Below are positions 24,760 through 32,108 of a stretch of DNA of 35,447 nt, one piece after another. Under the pieces are notes generated by a model. That model was not told where the DNA came from. It saw only the letters and a program-made list of their open reading frames with translations, and ran no database searches. The position numbers and the translations under genes are program-made. This DNA comes from Chloroflexia bacterium (GTDB taxonomy: Bacteria > Chloroflexota > Chloroflexia > QHBQ01 > JADMIH01), in the NCBI GenBank assembly GCA_035710025.1, contig DASTEB010000441.1, positions 1 to 35,447 of the forward strand, read 5' to 3'. The stretch's first letter is position 1, and every line of letters begins with the position of its first letter.

Positions 24760-25727
24760 TACCGGGGGGAACGGGCACGCCGCGCTGGCTCGAAGAAGGC
24801 AGTTTCTCTCTGCGCCCGGTGCGCGAGGCCGACCGCGACGAGATCTACGCCATGACGGCCCATACCTGGGACGACGGCGACTACATCCCCGAAGTGTTCG
24901 ACCTGTGGCTGGCCGACGAACGGGGAGTGTTCGCCGCCCTGGTACACGAGCCGTCGGGCCGCATCGCCGCGATCGATAAGGTATCGGAGCTTGCCCCGGG
25001 GCAGTTCTGGTTCGAGGGGCTTCGCGTCAACCCCGACTTCCGCGGGCAGGGCATCTCGGGTAAGTTGCAGACGCACATGGTGAGTGTAGTGCGGGCCAGT
25101 GGCGCACGCGTCGTACGCTTCCTGACTCTCGCTAACAACGTACCGATCCACATCGCCGCCTACCGCGACGGCTTCCATATCGTGGCGCTCACGCGGTACT
25201 GGCGCTGGAAATCCACTTACGCGTATGACGGCGACGTCGCCCCGCTCTCCCTGCGCCCTGCGCGCCCCGAAGAGGCACCTTCCCTGCACGACTGGTGGCG
25301 CACAACGGCCTCGTATGCGACCGAGGGGCTGCTGCACCGCCGCTGGACTTTCTACGAGGGCAGCGATAACAACTGGATCGAGGCCGCCCACGAGGGAAGG
25401 CTGCTTGTAGAGCTAGGATACTCCCCTCCCGAGGCGAAGATTGCGCCTGCGGCGGTCATGTGGGCGGCCGACTCGGAGGGCGACAACGTCTGGTGGCAAG
25501 TTGCCGCCACGATCGCCGCGCCCGAACAGTGGGCGCCGCTCTACCGTGGCCTATTGGAGGAAGCGGAGCGGCAGGGAGTAACCGACGTAGAGGGCCTGTT
25601 TGCCGACGTTCACAGCGCGAACGTTGGTCTGAAGGCGGCCGGACTGCAGCCCGACCCCGACCACGACCGCCTGTACGTATTTGCGCTGCCGTTTAAGAGC
25701 GAATCAATCGGCGCGCCTAGTGCGTAA
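24744..25727 (+). CDS. GNAT-family N-acetyltransferase with additional C-terminal domain
   Basis: GTG 24744 overlaps the crotonase 3' end by 16 nt. Acetyl-CoA motif A: GLRVNPDFRGQGISGKL. 327 aa. The start codon is not certain. Confidence 0.7.
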   Translation: MVGSLIPGGTGTPRWLEEGSFSLRPVREADRDEIYAMTAHTWDDGDYIPEVFDLWLADERGVFAALVHEPSGRIAAIDKVSELAPGQFWFEGLRVNPDFRGQGISGKLQTHMVSVVRASGARVVRFLTLANNVPIHIAAYRDGFHIVALTRYWRWKSTYAYDGDVAPLSLRPARPEEAPSLHDWWRTTASYATEGLLHRRWTFYEGSDNNWIEAAHEGRLLVELGYSPPEAKIAPAAVMWAADSEGDNVWWQVAATIAAPEQWAPLYRGLLEEAERQGVTDVEGLFADVHSANVGLKAAGLQPDPDHDRLYVFALPFKSESIGAPSA

Positions 25728-26283
25728 AGAACAGGGCGACCTCGGGCAGCGCCAGCTGCACTTGCGTGCCGCCCACCGACAACGAAAGCTCGCCGCCGAT
25801 CATGTCACCCTCGATCAGGCTCACCTGGCTCGTCGCGGGCCCGAAGGTGAGCGTCATGGTTTGCGCGCCGGGCGTCAGCATGCCGAGATCGTCGGCCTGC
25901 TGCTGCATTTCCGCTGCCACGTCTGACGCGATCGTGCCGCCCGAAGCCTGCGTAAGCGTGACCTTGCCCTCAACTAACCGAGGGGTCAGCTTCTCGGTGT
26001 GCGTGATCTCCACGGTAACCACGCCGTACATCGGCGCGCCATCCGGCGGAACGACCGGCATGTAGTCCTGCCATATCTCGAAAGCAGTCACTCGTGCTTC
26101 CAATTGATCCCCAATCCCCGGTTCAGTGGGCGTCGCCTCCACAGAGGTCGGCGCGGGCGTGGACACCGTGGGGACGGTGCTCGTGGGGCTTGCGGGCGTC
26201 GCCTGGTTCGGCGTGCACGCCGCGCTCAGCACCGCCAACAGGGCCGTGAGCGCGAGCGCGAGCGCTGTGAAGCCGTGGCCCAC
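25717..26283 (-). CDS. putative secreted/lipoprotein, beta-rich, Pro/Thr-rich N-terminal linker
   Basis: I prefer GTG 26283 (VGHGFTALALALTALLAVLSAAC..: signal peptide with lipobox-like LSAAC), because the track start at 26442 overlaps the upstream gene by 130 nt. 28 nt downstream of the HExxH gene stop. Confidence 0.55.
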   Translation of the reverse strand: MGHGFTALALALTALLAVLSAACTPNQATPASPTSTVPTVSTPAPTSVEATPTEPGIGDQLEARVTAFEIWQDYMPVVPPDGAPMYGVVTVEITHTEKLTPRLVEGKVTLTQASGGTIASDVAAEMQQQADDLGMLTPGAQTMTLTFGPATSQVSLIEGDMIGGELSLSVGGTQVQLALPEVALFFTH

Positions 26284-26311
26284 TCGCCCCGCCAAAGGAC
26301 GCGCGCAGAGA

Positions 26312-26914
26312 TTACGTCGCAGTTGCACCGCGTTGTCCCTCCATCTTGCCGCCCGCGTCCGAGGGCATCTCGAACAGGCCCTCGTACATTCGGCGTACGT
26401 AGGGCGGCAGCACGGACATATCGCCCATCGTGCCGCTGGCAAGCCCCGCGAACATCTCCCAGTCGTTTCGCTCGACCAGCATTCCGGCCCAGTTCTGCTC
26501 GGGGATGCCGTGAACGTAGTCGTGCGCGAGCCGAGCCGTCGCGCTGTACTGCGGCGCCTTCTCCACGCTCAGCCGCACTACCGCCTCGATCATCTCGTCC
26601 TCACGTCCGTGCCGTCTGTCGTGCCACCAGGCGTGAGCAAGCTCGTGCACGGCGGCCTCGTGCTGGGCCGTGAACAGGTGTACTTGCCGGAGGTTGGGCC
26701 GCCAGTAGCCCCCGCCCCGCGTGCTGCCCAGGTCGTCCACGCGAAGGTTGACGTTGGCCCGCAGCCACTCGCGGGCAAGTGGCGTGAAATGGTACTCGCG
26801 CATCACACGGTCCACCAACTCCCAGGCGCGACTATCGCCCTCGCCGCCGGGCGAGCGCACGAGGTTCATCAGCCTGCCGCCTATGCTGCGCACTACCCCG
26901 AGTAGCTGGTCCAT
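26312..26914 (-). CDS. hypothetical protein with zincin-type HExxH motif (putative metallopeptidase)
   Basis: 200-aa ORF. HLFTAQHEAAVHELAHAWWHD contains HELAH. No signal peptide or TM. No family recognised. Confidence 0.55.
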   Translation of the reverse strand: MDQLLGVVRSIGGRLMNLVRSPGGEGDSRAWELVDRVMREYHFTPLAREWLRANVNLRVDDLGSTRGGGYWRPNLRQVHLFTAQHEAAVHELAHAWWHDRRHGREDEMIEAVVRLSVEKAPQYSATARLAHDYVHGIPEQNWAGMLVERNDWEMFAGLASGTMGDMSVLPPYVRRMYEGLFEMPSDAGGKMEGQRGATAT

Positions 26915-26924
26915 TGTGCCTCAC

Positions 26925-26954
26925 ATTATATAGTAGGTTCCGCCGGCCTGACAA
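26925..26954 (-). promoter_or_regulatory. promoter TTGTCA-18-TATAAT placing the TSS within a few nt of the HExxH-gene ATG (near-leaderless)
   Basis: Minus strand: TTGTCA (26954..26949), 18-nt spacer, TATAAT (26930..26925). Only 10 nt lie between the -10 and ATG 26914. Confidence 0.5.
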
Positions 26955-27172
26955 TTCTACTGCATTTTGCGTATTTTCGCTCTTCAACTGTCCGCCGGTG
27001 CGCGTCAGTGCGCGGCCGGGAGGGATATATGGCACAGAATCTGCTCCCCATTGTAGCCGGACCTTTTGGCTGTGGGTCCCATTGCTACACGGAGCAAAGG
27101 AGCTCCTCAGATCGAAATCGGCCTATCGGCACAAGCACGAGACCAAGAGATCTTAGGAGGAAGTATACGTTT

Positions 27173-28504
27173 ATGAATCACAAGATTGCTGCTGCCGCGT
27201 CAACGTTCAGCGCCGCGGCACTGGTCTTCAGCGCAGCCGCGTTGGCACAGACCCCGTCGCCCGGGACCACGGTAACCCCCGGCGCGACCGGCACGGTCAC
27301 CGGCACCGCTGAGACCACACCTATGGCAACCGGTACAGTGACCGGCACTGCCGTCGTGACGGGCACGGCCGTCGTAACCGGCACCCCGCGCGTTATTCCG
27401 ACCATCGTCGTTTCGCCGACTCTGTACCAGGCAGGCGGGACGGGTGACTTCCCGTTCGCGCACCCCGCCTTCCAGCGCACCTGGGACCGCACCGACTCGC
27501 TCGTGGCGAGCGGCGAGGTCCAGCGCACCTGGTTCTGGGGTCCCGGCCCTAACACTCCCGGCCTGATCGAGGCGTACCGCGAAGGCCCCAATGGCCAGCA
27601 CCTGGTACAGTACTTCGACAAGAGCCGCATGGAGGTAAACAACCCCACGGCCGACCAGACCCAGCCGTTCTTCGTGACCAACGGCCTGCTCACGGTCGAG
27701 CTGATCTCCGGCTTCATCCAGCGCGGTGACCAGGAGTTTGACCGCTATCGCCCCGCCTGTATCCCCATGTCGGGCGACTTCGGCGACACTCTAGCGCCCA
27801 CGTACTACGCGTTCCAGGGCGTGTCTAACACCCAGGCGGAGGACAACCCCGCCGACGACCGCACCGGCGAGAAGGTCCTTGAGACAATCGACCGCAACGG
27901 CGTGACAGGTACTGACGACTCGAAGGCCAACATCCCTGGCACCGAGCTAGTCTACTTCGAGCAGCAGACCAGCCACAACATCCCCCGGGTGTTCTGGGAC
28001 TTCTTGAACTCGTCCGGCCCCGTGCGTAACGCGGACGGCCAGGTCGTGAACGAGCAGCTCATCCAGCCCTGGTTCTTCGCTTCGGGTCTCCCGATCAGCG
28101 AGCCTTACTGGGCACGCGCCCGCATCAGTGGTGAGGTCAAGGACGTGATGATCCAGGCGTATGAGCGCCGTGCGCTTACCTACGTGCCGACCAACGAGCC
28201 CGGCTTCCAGGTAGAGATGGCCAACATCGGCCAGCACTACTTCGACTGGCGCTACCGCAACTACGGCTACTGCCCGCAGGATCCTGTGACCACGCCTACG
28301 CCGCCTGTTCCGGCCGCAACCGGCACGGTGGTTAGCGGGACCCCCGCTGCGACCGGGACCCCGGCCGCTACCGGCACAGTAGTGGGCACCGGCACGCCGG
28401 CTGCCACAGGCACAGTAGTGGCCACCGGGACCGCCGAGGCCACAGGCACAGCCGAGGCTACCGGCACGACTACACCCGAGGTCACGGGCACACCAACTCC
28501 GTAA
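27173..28504 (+). CDS. secreted hypothetical protein: signal peptide, (A/V)TGT repeat linker, about 300-aa globular core, second (A/V)TGT repeat tail
   Basis: ATG 27173 with TAGGAGG 12 nt upstream; the track ORF from 27008 has no support. Signal peptide MNHKIAAAASTFSAAALVFSAAALAQ. Core includes RTWFWGPGPN, VQYFDKSRMEVNNP, VTNGLLTVELISG, MANIGQHYFDWRY. Confidence 0.8.
   Translation: MNHKIAAAASTFSAAALVFSAAALAQTPSPGTTVTPGATGTVTGTAETTPMATGTVTGTAVVTGTAVVTGTPRVIPTIVVSPTLYQAGGTGDFPFAHPAFQRTWDRTDSLVASGEVQRTWFWGPGPNTPGLIEAYREGPNGQHLVQYFDKSRMEVNNPTADQTQPFFVTNGLLTVELISGFIQRGDQEFDRYRPACIPMSGDFGDTLAPTYYAFQGVSNTQAEDNPADDRTGEKVLETIDRNGVTGTDDSKANIPGTELVYFEQQTSHNIPRVFWDFLNSSGPVRNADGQVVNEQLIQPWFFASGLPISEPYWARARISGEVKDVMIQAYERRALTYVPTNEPGFQVEMANIGQHYFDWRYRNYGYCPQDPVTTPTPPVPAATGTVVSGTPAATGTPAATGTVVGTGTPAATGTVVATGTAEATGTAEATGTTTPEVTGTPTP
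27251..27394 (+). repeat. coding low-complexity repeat (TGT-V/A units), N-terminal linker of the secreted protein
   Basis: TPSPGTTVTPGATGTVTGTAETTPMATGTVTGTAVVTGTAVVTGTPRV. The DNA shows degenerate ACCGGCAC(N) units with synonymous variation. Confidence 0.8.
28283..28501 (+). repeat. coding low-complexity repeat (P/A-ATGT-VV units), C-terminal tail of the secreted protein
   Basis: PVTTPTPPVPAATGTVVSGTPAATGTPAATGTVVGTGTPAATGTVVATGTAEATGTAEATGTTTPEVTGTPTP. Confidence 0.8.
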
Positions 28505-28535
28505 CCACTAACACTCTCTGCTTGTAGCTGAATCA

Positions 28536-28563
28536 GAAGGCCCCTCGTAACTGAGGGGCCTTC
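28536..28563. terminator. bidirectional terminator hairpin between the convergent secreted-protein and kynA genes
   Basis: Perfect 11-bp stem GAAGGCCCCTC / GAGGGGCCTTC with 6-nt loop GTAACT. Flanking T-tracts are weak on both sides. Confidence 0.6.
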
Positions 28564-28606
28564 CACATTCTTGGCGCTGGCGCGGCTGCGCGGCCTCGTG
28601 CCTGGT

Positions 28607-29419
28607 TCAGGCGTCTGGTGAGGGCCGCGTGTGGCGAAGGGTCACGCGGTTGCGCGCTTCCCAAAGCTCGGGGAAGAACTTATAAGTGAGCGTCTTGCCC
28701 AGATAGCCCGCGCCCGATGAGCCTGCCGTGCCCGGCACGTGGTCGCCGATACTGCGCTCCACCAGCTTTATGTGGTGGAAACGCCACTCTGCGAAGTACA
28801 CCTCGTACTCGCTCAAGCCTTCGCCGAGCTGGAACAGCAGCGCGTGGCGGTCAGGATCGTCGTACACTTCGGTCCACGCCTCGGTTGGGCCGCTGCCCAT
28901 CGCACGCCCCAGCGCGGCGTCTACAGCATCGCTCAGCGTCTCGGGCCACTCCTGTCTCAGGCGCTCGAGGCCCAGGTGTCTGTCCAGCAGCTTGAAGAAG
29001 GTAGGGTCGTCCAGTCCCGAGGCCAGCTCAAGCTCGCGGAACTGGTGCGACTCGAACCCGCTTGCAGGTGACAACACGTGTCGGAAGCCGTGAAACGCGC
29101 TCGGAGGCATCGTCGCGAGGATCTGGGCCTCGCGGCTCACCACCTGGAGTATGCGCGCAGACCGCTGCAGAAGCCGGATCGCCTCGTACAGGTCGTCCTT
29201 GCGCAGCGCGCGAATGATCTCCTTGAGGTCCCAGAGGATCTGCTTGAACCACAATTCCTGCGCCTGCTGGACGATGATGAACAGCATCTCGTCGTGCACA
29301 GGTGGGTCGCCCAGCGGCGTCTGTAGCGACGTTAGCTCCGGCACGCGCAAGTATGACCCGTAGCTAAGTGGCTCCCTGCCGGATTGCGCGCCCGGTACTG
29401 CACGCTCGTCTTTGAGCAT
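28607..29419 (-). CDS. kynA: tryptophan 2,3-dioxygenase
   Basis: SYGSYLRVPELTSLQ, HDEMLFIIVQQAQELWFKQ, FHGFRHVLSPASGFES.QFRE.E, WRFHHIKLVERSIG (proximal His), GTAGSSGAGYL, FFPELW. Confidence 0.9.
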   Translation of the reverse strand: MLKDERAVPGAQSGREPLSYGSYLRVPELTSLQTPLGDPPVHDEMLFIIVQQAQELWFKQILWDLKEIIRALRKDDLYEAIRLLQRSARILQVVSREAQILATMPPSAFHGFRHVLSPASGFESHQFRELELASGLDDPTFFKLLDRHLGLERLRQEWPETLSDAVDAALGRAMGSGPTEAWTEVYDDPDRHALLFQLGEGLSEYEVYFAEWRFHHIKLVERSIGDHVPGTAGSSGAGYLGKTLTYKFFPELWEARNRVTLRHTRPSPDA

Positions 29420-29473
29420 TTCAGGCCCTCCTAATGGTAGTGCAACTGCGCCGGTGCACCGTGCCTGGCGCGA

Positions 29474-29899
29474 TTAGCGGCCGTGCGGTAACGACGAAGA
29501 TTCGACAAGTTCGATAAGCACGCCGTTCGCTGAACGTGGGTGTACGAACGCAACCATGGAACCGTGGGCTCCCGGCCGTGGCTCGTGGTCGATTAGCTCG
29601 ACGTTGTGCTCGCGCAGCCGCTCGAGCATACCCGGCAGGTCTTCGACCTCCAGGCAGATGTGGTGTATTCCGGGGCCGCGCTTCTCGAGGAACTTTTGCA
29701 CCGGGCCGTTCTCGCCGATCGGCTCCAGGAACTCGAAGCGCGACTCCCCGAGAGGCGAAAAAGTGACGCGAACCGCGTCGCTCGGGACTTCTTCGGTGTC
29801 GTCCATCCGCAGGCCAAGCCCGTCCGAAAAGACGCGAAATGCCTCGTCTATTGAGGAGGTAGCGAGGCCGATGTGATTGATGCGAACGATGCGTGGCAC
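29474..29899 (-). CDS. mce: methylmalonyl-CoA epimerase (VOC/glyoxalase fold)
   Basis: GTG 29899 with AGGAGG 9 nt upstream; the track ATG at 30073 lies beyond the promoter. INHIGLATSSIDEA, FEFLEPIGENGPVQKFLEKRGPGIHHICLEVEDL, GAHGSMVAFVHPRSANGVLIELVE. Confidence 0.85.
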   Translation of the reverse strand: MPRIVRINHIGLATSSIDEAFRVFSDGLGLRMDDTEEVPSDAVRVTFSPLGESRFEFLEPIGENGPVQKFLEKRGPGIHHICLEVEDLPGMLERLREHNVELIDHEPRPGAHGSMVAFVHPRSANGVLIELVESSSLPHGR

Positions 29900-29936
29900 G
29901 ACGTTGTGCCTCCTGGGGTGTGATGTAAGCGAATCC

Positions 29937-29965
29937 ACTATATCAAAGGCCCGCACGCCCGTCAA
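29937..29965 (-). promoter_or_regulatory. promoter TTGACG-17-TGaTATAGT for mce-kynA
   Basis: Minus strand: TTGACG (29965..29960), 17-nt spacer, TG-extended TATAGT (29942..29937). Same architecture as the promoter at 11600..11628. Confidence 0.6.
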
Positions 29966-29982
29966 TTGCCGCACAGCCGTCC

Positions 29983-30011
29983 TTGACAACACCAGGTGCC
30001 TGTGATAACAA
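29983..30011 (+). promoter_or_regulatory. candidate divergent promoter for the EthD/crotonase cluster (perfect -35 TTGACA, poor -10)
   Basis: TTGACA at 29983..29988. After 17 nt comes TAACAA (30006..30011), with TG at 30001..30002 and again at 30003..30004. The -10 match is weak. Confidence 0.35.
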
Positions 30012-30047
30012 GAAGGGCTATTCAGGCCAATGGAGGTCACGTCAACG

Positions 30048-30356
30048 ATGATAAAAATGGTAGCACTGTTCAAGCGGCCGCAAGACGTCGAATCCTTCGA
30101 CCGCCACTACTCCGAGACCCACGCCCCCTTGATGCGCCAGGTGCCCGGCCTGCTCGACATGGTGGTCATCCGCGACCTGAAGTCGTTCGGCGGCGAGCCC
30201 GCGTTCTACACGATGGCCATCATGACCTTCAAGGACAGGGAGTCGTTTGACGCCGCGATGGCCAGTCCCGAGAACCGGGCAGCGGGTAAAGACCTGATGA
30301 GCTTCGCCCGTGACTACGTCACGCTTGTGTACGGCGAGGTCGAGGAGCAGGAGTGA
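30048..30356 (+). CDS. EthD-family protein (dimeric alpha/beta-barrel)
   Basis: MIKMVALFKRPQDVESFDRHYSETHAPL is the typical EthD N-terminus; about 100 aa. GGAGG 11 nt upstream of ATG 30048. Stop overlaps the next GTG (GTGA). Confidence 0.75.
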   Translation: MIKMVALFKRPQDVESFDRHYSETHAPLMRQVPGLLDMVVIRDLKSFGGEPAFYTMAIMTFKDRESFDAAMASPENRAAGKDLMSFARDYVTLVYGEVEEQE

Positions 30357-31288
30357 GCTACCCCGACTACCCCAGGGCGCAGACGCCGGAGCAGCTTGCC
30401 TTCGAGAACATCGTCTATACGAAGGAAGGCGGCATCGCGACCGTATCGATCAACCGGCCCGACCTGCTCAACGCCACCGACTTTCGCACGCTCAAGGAGA
30501 TGAGCCGCGCCTTCGAGGATGCATCGTACGACGACAGCATCGGCGTGCTGGTGCTCACGGGCGCGGGCGACAGGGCCTTCTGCACGGGCGCCGACCTGAA
30601 GGAGCAGGAGCAATTCCTGACGCGCCGCGCCGACTACTGGAAGTGGATGGGCGCTTTCATCGAGGCGCACGACCGCCTGCGCAACATCGGCAAGCCGACC
30701 ATCGCTCGCCTGAACGGCATGGTGGTAGGCGGGGGCAACGAGTTCAACATCGCCTGCGACCTCGCCATCGCGGCCGAGCACGTTACCATCCGGCAAGTAG
30801 GCACGTCGCGCGGCTCGGTGCCTGCCGGGGGCGCGACCCAGTGGCTCCCCATCATCATCGGCGACCGCCGCGCCCGTGAGATGCTGTGGCTGTGCGAGCC
30901 GATCAGCGCGCAGACGGCGCTCGACTGGGGCCTGGTCAACCATGTCGTGCCCGCATCAGAGCTTGACGCGGCCGTGAACGAGATGGCGCGCAAGCTGCTC
31001 GACAAGATGCCCGAGATCATTCGCTATGCCAAGCACCAGACCAACTTCTGGCGCGAGCTTTCGTGGAACCTCACCGTGCAGCACGCCCGCGACTGGCTCT
31101 CGATACACGCCGACGCCGCCGAGACCGCCGAGGGCCTCGCCTCCTTTTACGAGAAGCGCCCTGTGGACTACGCGATGTTGCGCGACCGGATCGCGGAGGG
31201 CGGCGTGAAGTGCGGCAATTGCGGCGCGGTGATGCCGCCCGGGCACAGGTTCTGCGGCAACTGCGGCAGCGCGCTTTCGGAGGGTTGA
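30353..31288 (+). CDS. MenB/BadI-like crotonase-fold enzyme fused to a C-terminal CxxC-x10-CxxC zinc ribbon
   Basis: FENIVYTKEGGIATVSINRPDLLNA, IGVLVLTGAGDRAFCTGADLK, NGMVVGGGNEFNIACDLAIA, RRAREMLWLCEPISAQTALDWGLVNHVVP (MenB-like). The last 30 aa are VKCGNCGAVMPPGHRFCGNCGSAL. Confidence 0.85.
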   Translation: MSYPDYPRAQTPEQLAFENIVYTKEGGIATVSINRPDLLNATDFRTLKEMSRAFEDASYDDSIGVLVLTGAGDRAFCTGADLKEQEQFLTRRADYWKWMGAFIEAHDRLRNIGKPTIARLNGMVVGGGNEFNIACDLAIAAEHVTIRQVGTSRGSVPAGGATQWLPIIIGDRRAREMLWLCEPISAQTALDWGLVNHVVPASELDAAVNEMARKLLDKMPEIIRYAKHQTNFWRELSWNLTVQHARDWLSIHADAAETAEGLASFYEKRPVDYAMLRDRIAEGGVKCGNCGAVMPPGHRFCGNCGSALSEG

Positions 31289-31289
31289 C

Positions 31290-32072
31290 ATGGCGGCCGG
31301 CAGCTACGAGCTGATCAAGGTAAGCTCTGAGGGATATGTCGCGACCATAGCCCTCAACAGGCCCGAGGTGCTCAACGCACTCAACCTCCAGCTCATGGAC
31401 GAGGTAATCGCGGCGCTCGATGCGCTTGAAGCCGATGACAGCGTGCGCTGCGTGGTCATCACCGGCAATGAGCGGGCATTCGCCGCCGGGGCCGATATCA
31501 AGGAGATGGCCGGGGCGGGCGCCATCGAGATGCTCGCCCGCGACCAGTTCGCCAAGTGGGATCGCATTCGCCGCTTCAAGAAGCCCCTGATCGCGGCCGT
31601 GAGCGGCTTTGCCCTGGGCGGGGGCAACGAGCTTGCCATGCTGTGCGACATGATCGTGGCGTCGGAGACCGCGCAGTTCGGCCAGCCCGAGATCAACATC
31701 GGCGTGATGCCCGGCGCGGGCGGCACGCAGCGCCTCACCCGGGCGGTCGGAAAGGCCATCGCCATGGAAGTAGTGCTCGCGGGGCGCACCCTCACGGCGC
31801 GCGAGGCGCTGCAGCACGGACTGGTGAACAAGGTCGTGCCGGTCGAAGTTTACCTTGACGAAGCGCAACGTCTGGCTCGCATTGTCGCCGAGAAGGGCCC
31901 TGTCGCCGCGCAGCTGGCCAAGGAGTCGGTGCTCAAAGCGTTCGATACTCCTCTGCAGGAGGGCCTGCTGCACGAGCGCAAGAACTTCTACATGCTGTTC
32001 GCCACCGAAGACCAGAAGGAAGGCATGAACGCCTTCATCGAGAAGCGCAAGCCCGAATTCAAGGGCAAGTAA
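31290..32072 (+). CDS. paaF: enoyl-CoA hydratase (short-chain, PaaF/Crt-like)
   Basis: IALNRPEVLNALN, VVITGNERAFAAGADIKEM, GFALGGGNELAMLCD, FGQPEINIGVMPGAGGTQRL, EGMNAFIEKRKPEF. The symbol rests on F-G-H-J gene order only. Confidence 0.8.
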   Translation: MAAGSYELIKVSSEGYVATIALNRPEVLNALNLQLMDEVIAALDALEADDSVRCVVITGNERAFAAGADIKEMAGAGAIEMLARDQFAKWDRIRRFKKPLIAAVSGFALGGGNELAMLCDMIVASETAQFGQPEINIGVMPGAGGTQRLTRAVGKAIAMEVVLAGRTLTAREALQHGLVNKVVPVEVYLDEAQRLARIVAEKGPVAAQLAKESVLKAFDTPLQEGLLHERKNFYMLFATEDQKEGMNAFIEKRKPEFKGK

Positions 32073-32108
32073 GCCAGCCGGCCGTTCGGCTGCCTGCGGG
32101 AGCGTGGA

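Noticed and set aside
27008-27172. In-frame upstream extension of the secreted protein ORF, and the region as a possible riboswitch or leader RNA
   Set aside because: The extension has no SD and would bury the signal peptide. I see short direct repeats (GTGCGCG-TCA-GTGCGCG at about 26998-27014) but no structure I can match to a known riboswitch class, so no RNA element is claimed.
27251-28501. ACCGGCAC-type periodic DNA, considered as a CRISPR array or non-coding tandem repeat
   Set aside because: The units are 9-15 nt, degenerate, in frame and inside a well-supported CDS. There are no spacer-like unique segments of 25-40 nt, and no cas genes in the window.
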